A stretch of DNA of 13,449 bases, from positions 1 through 13,449 of the forward strand of contig SFIM01000042.1 in the NCBI GenBank assembly GCA_004556155.1, in the 5' to 3' direction. Below, piece after piece: positions 6,466 through 13,449 of this stretch. The notes below the pieces were generated by a model. It was not told the origin of the DNA and did no database searches. It saw only the letters and a list, made by a program, of their open reading frames with translations. The stretch's first letter is position 1, and every line of letters starts with the position of its first letter. The translations under genes and the position numbers were made by a program. The DNA comes from Clostridiales bacterium. GTDB lineage: Bacteria; Bacillota; Clostridia; Christensenellales; Aristaeellaceae.

Positions 6466-7841
6466 TGATAGGTGTCCTCCTGCTTATAGGCCGCGGAACG
6501 AATATAGACCGTCAGGGAGAGCGTGGCCGTGATGACGAAAATCATCAGCGAGATGGCCGCGCCGACGGAATAGTAATTATTGTCCACGGACAGGTTGTAG
6601 AGCCAGTTGATCAGCAGGTCGGTATCCGAGGCAAGGAAGTAATCGCCGTAGTTGGATATGACGCCGCTGCGTATGAAGAAGAAGATGCCGAAATTGTTGA
6701 AATTGCCCACGAACTGGCCGATGAGCACGGGCGTGGTGGAAAAGACGACGAAGGGCAGCGTGATCTTGCGGAACTGCTGGAAGGGCGTTGCGCCGTCCAG
6801 CGAGGACGCCTCGTACAGATCGTGGTTGATGTTGGTGAGGATGCCGGTGGTCATCAGCATGATGGAGGGAACGGAGATCCAGGCGTTGACAAACAGGCCG
6901 ATGCCGCGCGCCCACCATTTGGCGGATGCGTCGTTGGTCAGGAAGAAGATGGTATCCTTCCCGGCGGCGGCCAGCAGGCTGTTGATGGGGCCGGACTGGG
7001 AAAACATGAACTTGAAGCCCAGCATGGAGATGAAGCCGGGGATGGCGTAGGCAAGGATGGGGAACGCCCGCCAGATTTTGGAGCCGCGCACGTTCTTTTT
7101 GTTCAGCAGCAGCGCCAGCCCCAGCCCGCACAGAAAGTTGATGGCCGTGCTGCTTACCGCCCACAGCACGTTCCACGTTAGAATCTTGCCGAACGTGCTG
7201 CCCAGCTTGCCCACGCTGAATATCTTTTTCCAGGCGGAAAAGCTCCAGTCGGCCAGCCTGGGATACACAATATCGCCGCCCAGGTTGGTAAAGGCGATGA
7301 GGATCATAAAGATGATGGGCAGCACCGAGAAGATCATCACCGTGACCAGCGGCAGGCACAGCGCCGCGATGTGAAAGCGCTCGTCCGCCAGCGCGGCGAG
7401 CGTTTCGGGGAAGGAGCGCGGCTTTTTGCCCTTTTCAACCTGCCGCGCCGTAAAGGCTGCGTCGCGGATATTGCATACCCACAGCAGAATCAGGAAGCAC
7501 AGCAGGATGATGGCGAAGATGCCCAGGATCAGCATGTTCATGCTGTTGTCGCCCTTTATGCCCATCCACAGGTCTTCCTCCTGCGTGCCCAGGGTGAAAA
7601 AGCCGATGAAATCCCGCGCGCCGCGCGCAATGAAATACCATATGCCCGCCGCCTCCAGCCCCATAAAGAGCAGGCCCTTGATGATTTGCCCGTAGCAAAG
7701 CTGCCCCAGCCCCATCACGGCGGCGGACAACCATACCCGCACGGGCGCCCAGCGGATGAAGCGGGCAAGCGCCTGCGCCTGCGCCCGAAGGCGGGCGCAG
7801 GGGGCGCGGCGGGCGGCTTGTTTGGTCGCTTGCATAGTCAT
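6462..7841 (-). CDS. Sugar ABC transporter permease, MalF-like (long N-terminal extension)
   Basis: 459 aa with the EAA loop EASSLDGATPFQQFRKITLPFV and eight or so hydrophobic segments. A GGAAGGAG RBS lies 9 nt before the ATG at 7841. Confidence 0.9.
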   Translation of the reverse strand: MTMQATKQAARRAPCARLRAQAQALARFIRWAPVRVWLSAAVMGLGQLCYGQIIKGLLFMGLEAAGIWYFIARGARDFIGFFTLGTQEEDLWMGIKGDNSMNMLILGIFAIILLCFLILLWVCNIRDAAFTARQVEKGKKPRSFPETLAALADERFHIAALCLPLVTVMIFSVLPIIFMILIAFTNLGGDIVYPRLADWSFSAWKKIFSVGKLGSTFGKILTWNVLWAVSSTAINFLCGLGLALLLNKKNVRGSKIWRAFPILAYAIPGFISMLGFKFMFSQSGPINSLLAAAGKDTIFFLTNDASAKWWARGIGLFVNAWISVPSIMLMTTGILTNINHDLYEASSLDGATPFQQFRKITLPFVVFSTTPVLIGQFVGNFNNFGIFFFIRSGVISNYGDYFLASDTDLLINWLYNLSVDNNYYSVGAAISLMIFVITATLSLTVYIRSAAYKQEDTYQ

Positions 7842-7871
7842 GGTGGACGACTCCTTCCGAAAAAGTGCTGC

Positions 7872-9338
7872 TTACGCCAGGGTGTGGATCGCATCGAAGA
7901 TCTGCTGCACCATGCGCTCCAGCCCCTGCTGGATTTTTTCAATGGTTTCATACAGCTCCGCTTCGCCGCGGGACAGGCGGAACGCGTCGGTGCACAGATC
8001 GATCAGGAAGGATTCGCCCGGCGTCCAGATCTGCGCGGTCTCGTTGATGGCGGGCATCACGTCGATATAGCCCTCGTTCAGGTTGTCAAAGATCATCTGC
8101 ACGGTCGCGTCGGTCTGGCCGATGGCGGCGGCAGCGTCGCTGCGGGCGGGGGTAATGCCCAGCACCTGGTTGCGCAGCATCACCTGCTCATAGCTTGTGG
8201 CGAACTCGACAAAGGCGAGCGAAGCGTTGGGGCATTCGGTGTAGGCCGAAATGCCGTAGCCGTTTACGCCGCCCATCATCTTGGTGCGGACGGTCTTGCT
8301 TTCCATATCCAGGATGGTATCCTGCCATGCGTCGCTGGTCAGATCGGCGGAGGCGGGCAGGCGCGGCACGTTGATCATCTTCAGGTCGGCCTCGGCCTCT
8401 TCCTGGGTCCAGCTGCCGGTGTTGACCATCGCGCGGATGAACATCTGCTTCACGTCCGGCGTGGTGATGGTGCACAGCATCTTGCCCTGTGCCAGATAGG
8501 CATAGGCAGCGGCGGCAAAGGTTTTGTCCAGCACCTCGGTGTTGTTCATCAGGGCAGCCCACTGGCGCAGCATATACAGGCCTTTAGCCGCGTCGCCCTT
8601 GGCCAGGCCGATATCATCGGGGTTGGTATTGCCATCGCCAAAGACATACGCGCCGTAGGTCAGCGCATAGCCCACGGAGAAGTATACGTCCACCAGATCG
8701 TCCAGATAACCGTATTCGGTTTTGCCGCCGTTTTGCTGGATATCCTGGCTCAGGGCGTACAGGGCGGTGAAGGTTTCAAAAAAGTCGGGCGTGCCGTTCT
8801 GGTTCAGGTCCCACTCCGCCTGCCAGTTGTCCGGCAGCATGGATTCAATGTAGAACAGCATGCCGCTTTGCACGTTGATGGGTACGCCGCAGTAAAAATC
8901 CTCGCCGTACATCTGCATCCTGTAGGCGTCCCATGCGTTCTGCGGGATCAGATCCCTGCTTTCCAGGCTATAGATCGGCAGGGGCAGCAGGTGCTTTTTG
9001 GTGGCGTATTTCATGAGAATGTCGTTGGCCTGATACCATACGTCCGGGCCGTAGCCGTAAGGGCCGTCGGTTGCCAGATCGCTGTACTGGTCGATGTCCA
9101 TGATCTGGGCGGAAACGCCCTGATCGCGGTAGGCCTCGTTGAACGCATCGATGAGCTGCTGCACGTAGCCCAGCTCGATGGCCGTGTTGTTTTCCAACAC
9201 GTTGACCACGGCGCCCTTTTCCAGCTGTCCGTTGAAGCGGGCGGTAACGGCCTTATACCGCTCGCTCCCCTCGGCGAGGGTCGGCGCGCAGGCGCACAGC
9301 AGCGCAAGGCAGAGAAGCAGTGCAAGCGTCCTTTTCAT
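7872..9338 (-). CDS. Extracellular solute-binding lipoprotein (family 1, maltodextrin/cyclodextrin-binding MalE-like)
   Basis: 488 aa with the signal peptide MKRTLALLLCLALLCACAPTLAEG and a lipobox-like LCAC. The SBP-typical segments GPDVWYQANDIL and MMGGVNGYGISAYTECPNASLAFVEF are present. It lies immediately upstream of the two permease genes. An AGGAGG RBS overlaps the end of the upstream gene. Confidence 0.88.
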   Translation of the reverse strand: MKRTLALLLCLALLCACAPTLAEGSERYKAVTARFNGQLEKGAVVNVLENNTAIELGYVQQLIDAFNEAYRDQGVSAQIMDIDQYSDLATDGPYGYGPDVWYQANDILMKYATKKHLLPLPIYSLESRDLIPQNAWDAYRMQMYGEDFYCGVPINVQSGMLFYIESMLPDNWQAEWDLNQNGTPDFFETFTALYALSQDIQQNGGKTEYGYLDDLVDVYFSVGYALTYGAYVFGDGNTNPDDIGLAKGDAAKGLYMLRQWAALMNNTEVLDKTFAAAAYAYLAQGKMLCTITTPDVKQMFIRAMVNTGSWTQEEAEADLKMINVPRLPASADLTSDAWQDTILDMESKTVRTKMMGGVNGYGISAYTECPNASLAFVEFATSYEQVMLRNQVLGITPARSDAAAAIGQTDATVQMIFDNLNEGYIDVMPAINETAQIWTPGESFLIDLCTDAFRLSRGEAELYETIEKIQQGLERMVQQIFDAIHTLA

Positions 9339-9341
9339 GGT

Positions 9342-11021
9342 TTATTCCTCCTTGATAATGGATGCGTCGGCATCCAGAATGACAAAGCCGTTTGCCGCGA
9401 TTTGCCCCTCCCGGCCGCGGAAGCAATAGCGCGCGGCGCGGCTGGAGGCGTTGACGAGCAGAGTAAGCTCCTCGCGCTCCAGCGTCAGGACGTCGCCGGA
9501 GGCGGAAATGCGGACGCTGTCGCCCGCCAGGCGGCCGCCCGTTTTCAGCCGGGCGAGAAGCTGCACATGCCGTCGAAGATCCGCATCCCATGCCGTTTCG
9601 TCCCAGATAAAGCCTTTGCGGCAGTCGGGGTCGTAGCCGCCGGTCATGCCGATTTCATCGCCGTAGTAAACGCAGGGCATGCCGGGAAAGAAAAAGAGAA
9701 GGCACAGCGCCAGCTTCAGCCGCTGCCGGTCACCCCGCAGCAGGGTGAGAAAGCGATCGGTGTCATGGGAATCAAGCAGGTTCATCATCATCCGGGCGGA
9801 TATTGATGTGGTGCGAAAGAACAGGCGGGTCAGCCGTGAGGCAGCCTGCCGTGCTGTCAACGCGCCGTCCACCAGATAATCGATCAGCGCCTTGGTCAGA
9901 CCGTAGTTCATCACGCCGTCCAGCTCGTCGCCCGCCAGCCACGCGCGCGGGTCATGCCAGGCTTCGCCCAAAATCAGCGCGTCCGGGTTGGCAGCCTTGA
10001 CGGCCTTGCGGAAGGCGCGCAGGAAATCATCGCTGATTTCGTCCATCACGTCCAGCCGCCAGCCGTCTATGCCGAATTCCCTGATCCACCACGCGCCCAC
10101 GCCGCAGAAATAATCGATCACGGCGGGATTGCCGGTATTGAGCTTGGGCATGTCGCTGGAAAAGCCGAAGGTGCGGTAATTGCCCTTTTCACGGCTTGGA
10201 AAATCGCCGTCGATCAGGAAAAAGTCATAATACGGCGAGGCCTTGCCGCGGCGCTTCACATCCTCAAAGAAGGGGTGATGCTCGGAGCAGTGATTGAATA
10301 CGCCGTCCAGCAGCACGCGCATGCCGCGCGCATGCGCCGCCTGCACAAGCTCCCGGAAGGCGGCCTGGCCGCCGAACCCTGCGTCCACATCATAATAATC
10401 CACGATGCTGTATTTGTGGTTGGTGGGGGAGGGGTGAATGGGCGTAAAATACAGGCAGTTAACGCCCAGGTCGCTCAGGTAATCCAGATGCTGCGTTACG
10501 CCCGGCAGGTCGCCGCCCAGATACATTCTGGGGGTTGGCGTTGCATCCCACGGCGCGGTGATATAGGGCTTTTCGCCCATGCCGTTGGCAAAACGCTCGG
10601 GAAAAATCTGGTACATGACCGTCGTATCCGTCCAGGGAATATGGCGGTGCACATTGCAGGGAAAAATATAGGGGTACTGGAAGAAGGTATAGTAAGCGCG
10701 CTCAAAATCATATGTGCGCGAAAGCCCTTCCTCGCTGAAGTAAAAGCATTCGCTATTATAATATAGTAGAAAAAGATAACACAGCCGCGTGTCGTCGCCG
10801 GTCAGGTCGATCTGATAATAATTCAGCGTATCGTCATCGGCGATCCTGGGCAGGGGCAGCGTTTGGCGCTGCGTGCTCCATGCATACTTGTTCATGCAGT
10901 AGCAGATCTCAGCGCGGTCAAAATCGCCCTTCGCCGTGGTTAGGCGAATGCGGAAAGTGTGCTCATCCAGCGGATAGCAGTCAATGCCGCGGCCGCGATG
11001 CGTGACAGCCGGAATGTTCAT
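9342..11021 (-). CDS. Cytoplasmic GH13 neopullulanase / cyclomaltodextrinase / maltogenic-amylase-like enzyme
   Basis: 559 aa with no signal peptide and an N-terminal about 120-aa extra domain, as in the neopullulanase subfamily. The GH13 regions are LLDGVFNHCS, GIDGWRLDVMDEI, LILGEAWHD and NLLDSHDTDR. A GGAGG RBS lies 6 nt before the ATG at 11021. Confidence 0.9.
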   Translation of the reverse strand: MNIPAVTHRGRGIDCYPLDEHTFRIRLTTAKGDFDRAEICYCMNKYAWSTQRQTLPLPRIADDDTLNYYQIDLTGDDTRLCYLFLLYYNSECFYFSEEGLSRTYDFERAYYTFFQYPYIFPCNVHRHIPWTDTTVMYQIFPERFANGMGEKPYITAPWDATPTPRMYLGGDLPGVTQHLDYLSDLGVNCLYFTPIHPSPTNHKYSIVDYYDVDAGFGGQAAFRELVQAAHARGMRVLLDGVFNHCSEHHPFFEDVKRRGKASPYYDFFLIDGDFPSREKGNYRTFGFSSDMPKLNTGNPAVIDYFCGVGAWWIREFGIDGWRLDVMDEISDDFLRAFRKAVKAANPDALILGEAWHDPRAWLAGDELDGVMNYGLTKALIDYLVDGALTARQAASRLTRLFFRTTSISARMMMNLLDSHDTDRFLTLLRGDRQRLKLALCLLFFFPGMPCVYYGDEIGMTGGYDPDCRKGFIWDETAWDADLRRHVQLLARLKTGGRLAGDSVRISASGDVLTLEREELTLLVNASSRAARYCFRGREGQIAANGFVILDADASIIKEE

Positions 11022-11138
11022 GCGTTTCCTCCGTTATTGATATGCCAGCCCGATAGCGTTAAGCCCGGGTGCGTGTTGTGCCTGGAATGGCAAGGCTTTT
11101 ATCGGACTTACAGGTGCCTTTGATAGCGTCCTATTGCG

Positions 11139-11152
11139 TGCAAACGTTTGCA
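11139..11152. promoter_or_regulatory. LacI-family (MalR/CcpA cre-type) operator
   Basis: Perfect 14-bp palindrome TGCAAACGTTTGCA, which fits the cre/LacI-family consensus TGnAAnCGnTnnCA. It begins 5 nt downstream of the -10 hexamer of the operon promoter, so it covers the predicted transcription start. Confidence 0.7.
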
Positions 11153-11157
11153 TAAAC

Positions 11158-11186
11158 AGAATACCGCTATTTAGCCAAAATGTCAA
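11158..11186 (-). promoter_or_regulatory. Sigma-A-type promoter of the maltodextrin operon
   Basis: The minus strand reads TTGACA (complement of 11181-11186), a 17-nt spacer, then TATTCT (complement of 11158-11163). This leaves an about 125-nt leader before the ATG at 11021. Confidence 0.65.
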
Positions 11187-11324
11187 CTGATTTGGGATAA
11201 AAAATGCCAGAAAATCAGGGACAAAGGTGGAATGATACGCAAACACTATGATATTTTGCATATGCGGCTATGTTGCGCGGCGGCATGGAGGGGGAGACGA
11301 TATAACTGCAAGCTTGAAGGGACG

Positions 11325-11987
11325 TTATACCTTCAAAACGAAATGATTTTTTTGAAAGTCAAGAAGCCCTTCGGCGCGCATTTTTCCAAGCTCCAGCGAC
11401 AGACCGCTGCGCTCAACGCCAAGATAATCCGCAAGCTGCTGCCGGGAAAAAGAAATGTCAAATTCGTATTCTCCGCGCCGCTGGGCTTCGGCGGATAGAT
11501 AGGACATCAGCTTTGCCCGCGTGGTGCGCTGACCCATGTGCGTGAGCTTCTCACTGAAACGCAGGTTTTTTTCGGCAAGCTCGCCGAGCAGGTTACGGAT
11601 GATGCGGCTGTGGTGAGCACAGGCGGACGGGCACACATCCATGATACGCTTTACATTAAAAAACATGACCGTTGCAGGCGTTTCCGCGATTACGCTTACA
11701 TTCAGCACCGAGCCAGGCGCGCAGGCAAAGGCGGCGGCAAAGGTCTGTCCCGGCCCTGCCTTGGAAAGAATATTGCGATTGCCCCAAATGTCCTCCTGGA
11801 TGATCAGCACGCTTCCGGATAGCACAAGGCCGATCGAGTCAGCCGCATCGCCGGCGCGCAGCACGAAGGCTTCCTTGGAAAAGTCCTTTTGTTCTGCGTG
11901 GAGACAAGAAAGCACCGTGCTCAGTTCCTCCTCAGAAATGCCCGAAAATAGCTGAGCGGATCGGATAACAGGCAAAAATTCTCTCAT
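11325..11987 (-). CDS. Crp/Fnr-family transcriptional regulator (cNMP-binding-like domain plus C-terminal HTH), four Cys residues
   Basis: The N-terminal beta-barrel region is LFSGISEEELSTVL...FVLRAGDAADSIGLVLSGSV. The dimerisation helix and HTH are RTTRAKLMSYL...FSRQQLADYLGVERSGLSLELGKMRAEGLLDF. I place the start at the ATG at 11985-11987, 5 nt after GTGAGGG, rather than the tracked GTG at 11999. Confidence 0.88.
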   Translation of the reverse strand: MREFLPVIRSAQLFSGISEEELSTVLSCLHAEQKDFSKEAFVLRAGDAADSIGLVLSGSVLIIQEDIWGNRNILSKAGPGQTFAAAFACAPGSVLNVSVIAETPATVMFFNVKRIMDVCPSACAHHSRIIRNLLGELAEKNLRFSEKLTHMGQRTTRAKLMSYLSAEAQRRGEYEFDISFSRQQLADYLGVERSGLSLELGKMRAEGLLDFQKNHFVLKV

Positions 11988-12002
11988 AAAAGCCCTCACT
12001 TT

Positions 12003-12016
12003 GTTGAAAATTCAAC
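12003..12016. promoter_or_regulatory. 5-4-5 inverted repeat GTTGA-AAAT-TCAAC, candidate Crp/Fnr-family binding box
   Basis: The perfect arms GTTGA/TCAAC sit in the 89-bp divergent intergenic region. The centre (12009.5) is about 41.5 bp upstream of the start predicted from the TATAAT at 12039-12044, and downstream of the predicted minus-strand start. It is not the canonical FNR box: the TTGA/TCAA cores are 4 rather than 6 bp apart. Confidence 0.5.
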
Positions 12017-12031
12017 CGACTTGATGAATTT

Positions 12032-12060
12032 AATATACTATAATACGAGCGAAAAAGCAA
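12032..12060 (-). promoter_or_regulatory. Candidate promoter of the Crp/Fnr regulator gene
   Basis: The minus strand reads TTGCTT (complement of 12055-12060), a 17-nt spacer, then TATATT (complement of 12032-12037). It overlaps the plus-strand -10 back to back. Confidence 0.45.
12039..12044 (+). promoter_or_regulatory. -10 hexamer (TATAAT) of the ferredoxin-domain gene promoter; no good -35
   Basis: A consensus TATAAT lies 33 nt upstream of the ATG at 12077 (RBS AAAGGAG at 12062-12068). The hexamer 17 nt upstream (ccgact) is poor, as expected for an activator-dependent promoter. Confidence 0.5.
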
Positions 12061-12076
12061 GAAAGGAGACTTTGCT

Positions 12077-12787
12077 ATGAAAAGAAGAATCATTGAAATC
12101 GATCAGGATAAGTGCAACGGCTGCGGTGCTTGTGCCGCCGCCTGTCATGAGGGCGCGATTGCCATGGTGGATGGCAAGGCGAAGCTGATGCGGGATGACT
12201 ACTGCGACGGTCTGGGCGATTGCCTGCCCGCCTGCCCCACCGGAGCCATTACCTTTGTGGAGCGCGAGGCTGCCGCCTACAATGAGCAGGCGGTGCTGGC
12301 CAACAAGCAGAAAAAGATGCAGCAGGAGGGGATGCGCCTTCACGGCGGCTGCCCCGGAACGCGGATGAAAATGATTCAGCACGCAGAGACGTCAGGCGTT
12401 GAGATGGCTTCTGCCCAGGCGCAAAGCCGGCTTTCCCAGTGGCCGGTGCAGATCAAACTGGTTCCTGTGAACGCGCCCTACTTTGACGGAGCAAGGCTGC
12501 TCATCGCCGCTGACTGCACGGCTTATGCCTATGCCGCCTTCCATGAGCGCTTCATCAAGGGGCACATCACGCTGGTAGGCTGCCCGAAGCTGGACAGCGT
12601 GGACTACTCCGACAAGCTCACCGAGATCATCCGCAATAACGATATCCAGAGCGTCACCATCGTCCGCATGGAGGTTCCCTGCTGCGGTGGTCTGGAGCAT
12701 GCCGCAAAAATAGCATTGCAGCAGAGTGGAAAGTTCATTCCCTGGCAGGTCGTGACCATTTCTACGGATGGGAGAATCCTTGAATAG
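12077..12787 (+). CDS. 4Fe-4S dicluster (ferredoxin) domain protein with a Cys-rich C-terminal domain
   Basis: 236 aa. The N-terminus has CNGCGACAAAC and CDGLGDCLPACP cluster motifs. The C-terminal part has further conserved-looking Cys residues (GGCPG, AADCTAY, LVGCPKLD, VPCCGG). There is a good RBS and a TAG stop at 12785-12787. Confidence 0.85.
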   Translation: MKRRIIEIDQDKCNGCGACAAACHEGAIAMVDGKAKLMRDDYCDGLGDCLPACPTGAITFVEREAAAYNEQAVLANKQKKMQQEGMRLHGGCPGTRMKMIQHAETSGVEMASAQAQSRLSQWPVQIKLVPVNAPYFDGARLLIAADCTAYAYAAFHERFIKGHITLVGCPKLDSVDYSDKLTEIIRNNDIQSVTIVRMEVPCCGGLEHAAKIALQQSGKFIPWQVVTISTDGRILE

Positions 12788-12836
12788 CGATAGAAAAGCG
12801 GAACGAGTGAAAAAGGCTTCATTGAAATAACCTAAC

Positions 12837-12883
12837 GAAAAGCGCTCATGCCGGAGTCCTCCTTTTAGGCATGGGCGCTTTTC
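12837..12883. terminator. Bidirectional rho-independent terminator (ferredoxin-domain gene / LysR gene)
   Basis: A 12-bp stem agcgctcatgcc (12841-12852) / ggcatgggcgct (12868-12879) with one G-U pair. It is flanked by aaa on the left and tttt on the right. The loop holds a mini-stem ggag/ctcc. Confidence 0.7.
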
Positions 12884-13008
12884 GTGCGGGTATATATTTT
12901 TGCGGAGGATGGGTTTCGCTATCAACGCTCCGCGCTTTCGTGTGCGGCGGCAAGCTGGAATTCCTCCAGAAATTTTTCAGCTACGCGGGAGAAAATATGG
13001 TGACGTTT

Positions 13009-13449
13009 TCATACCAGAAACATGTTGGCCTTTGGAAGTCCGTCGATGGGACGGAAGCAGAGCGGGCTATTGCCGGTGACATTGATGATTCCGTCAATTC
13101 CAAGCACATAGCCCAGGCCGTCTTCTGCCATTAGAGAGCCGTTATAAAGAAGGCTGTATGAGCCGACGACATTCAAGCGGGGCGTATTTTCTGCGGGATG
13201 GTTTTCAAGCAGCTGCCGCAAACCATATTGACGGGAAACGATTAAGGGAAGATCATTCAGATCTGCAAGCACGAGACGTTCTTTGCCTGCAAGCGGATCA
13301 TCCTGCCGCATGAGGAGTCCCCATGTGTTTTCGTAGGGAATTGGGAGCATGTTGTATTTGAGCGGATCGATCGGAGAAAAGAGAAGCGCGAAATCCAGAA
13401 GTTCGCTGTCAAGCTGGTTTGCAAGATCGAGTGAGTCGCCGCTGCTCAT
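13009..13449 (-). CDS. LysR-family transcriptional regulator, substrate-binding domain portion (5' end outside the window); ends at a probably premature TGA
   Basis: ...LDFALLFSPIDPLKYNMLPIPYENTWGLLMRQDDPLAGKERLVLADLNDLPLIVSRQ...SLMAEDGLGYVLGIDGIIN...LCFRPIDGLPKANMFLV* is typical of LysR effector domains. The reading frame runs off the window at 13449. Confidence 0.8.
   Translation of the reverse strand: MSSGDSLDLANQLDSELLDFALLFSPIDPLKYNMLPIPYENTWGLLMRQDDPLAGKERLVLADLNDLPLIVSRQYGLRQLLENHPAENTPRLNVVGSYSLLYNGSLMAEDGLGYVLGIDGIINVTGNSPLCFRPIDGLPKANMFLV

Noticed and set aside
4600-6468. 622-aa plus-strand ORF antisense to the amylase and malG-like genes
   Set aside because: Same reasoning: antisense to two well-supported genes, biased composition, no RBS and no recognisable domain.
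6577-7359. 260-aa minus-strand ORF in an alternative frame of the malF-like gene
   Set aside because: An R/H/P/Q-rich out-of-frame product. The overlapping frame encodes a bona fide permease with an EAA loop.
7371-9806. 811-aa plus-strand ORF spanning the antisense of three operon genes
   Set aside because: It runs antisense through malF-like, malE-like and GH13 genes that all have strong family motifs, RBSs and signal peptides. Its product is a low-complexity R/G/A/H/Q/V-rich sequence with no motifs. It crosses two intergenic gaps purely by chance absence of stops. This is a typical shadow ORF of GC3-rich genes.
9954-10766. 270-aa plus-strand ORF antisense to the neopullulanase-like gene
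   Set aside because: A shadow ORF. The opposite strand carries all four GH13 conserved regions.
11034-11261. 75-aa minus-strand ORF in the operon leader/promoter region
   Set aside because: It spans the promoter, the operator and the leader of the operon, has no RBS, and has an odd F/L/I-rich composition driven by AT-rich intergenic DNA.
11312-11335. Hairpin ttgaagg-N9-ccttcaa overlapping the stop codon of the Crp/Fnr gene as its terminator
   Set aside because: The stem is only 7 bp and A/T-containing, and it is not followed by a U-tract on the minus transcript. At best it is a weak terminator, so read-through into the operon promoter region cannot be judged from sequence.
12392-12925. 177-aa minus-strand ORF (also 12038..12382, 114 aa) opposite the ferredoxin-domain gene
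   Set aside because: Antisense to a gene with clear Fe-S motifs. It crosses the terminator hairpin and has no RBS. The LysR-like tail at 12922..13008 is in a different frame from this ORF.

Overview
High-GC (about 60%) Clostridia-like chromosomal segment: AGGAGG-type RBSs, lipoprotein-type signal peptides and SpoVA-family genes. All family calls come from motif recognition by eye; no database search was run. The core (2753..11186, minus strand) is one six-gene starch/maltodextrin utilisation operon. In transcription order it encodes a cytoplasmic GH13 neopullulanase/cyclomaltodextrinase-like enzyme, a MalE-like solute-binding lipoprotein, MalF-like and MalG-like permeases, a secreted or lipid-anchored GH13 amylase, and a surface protein made of tandem CBM-like beta-sandwich modules. 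A TTGACA-17-TATTCT promoter drives it, with a perfect LacI/cre-type palindrome (TGCAAACGTTTGCA) at the predicted transcription start. No ABC ATPase gene and no LacI-family regulator gene lie in the window. The left flank holds a secreted degenerate MBL-fold-like protein and a head-to-head junction of two 5'-truncated genes (a MATE efflux C-terminal remnant and an unidentified 3' remnant). It also holds a divergent SpoVAC/SpoVAEB-family pair without spoVAD, whose second gene is frameshifted in a T5 run. The right flank holds a Crp/Fnr-family regulator divergent from a 2x[4Fe-4S] ferredoxin-domain gene, with a 5-4-5 inverted repeat placed for class-II activation. It ends with a partial LysR-family gene that stops at an in-frame TGA followed by 28 more LysR-like codons. 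I see no tRNA, rRNA, CRISPR array, transposase or integrase, and no convincing novel multi-gene system. The most unusual items are the gene-decay signatures on the left flank, the CBM-only surface protein, and the divergent Crp/Fnr regulatory architecture.
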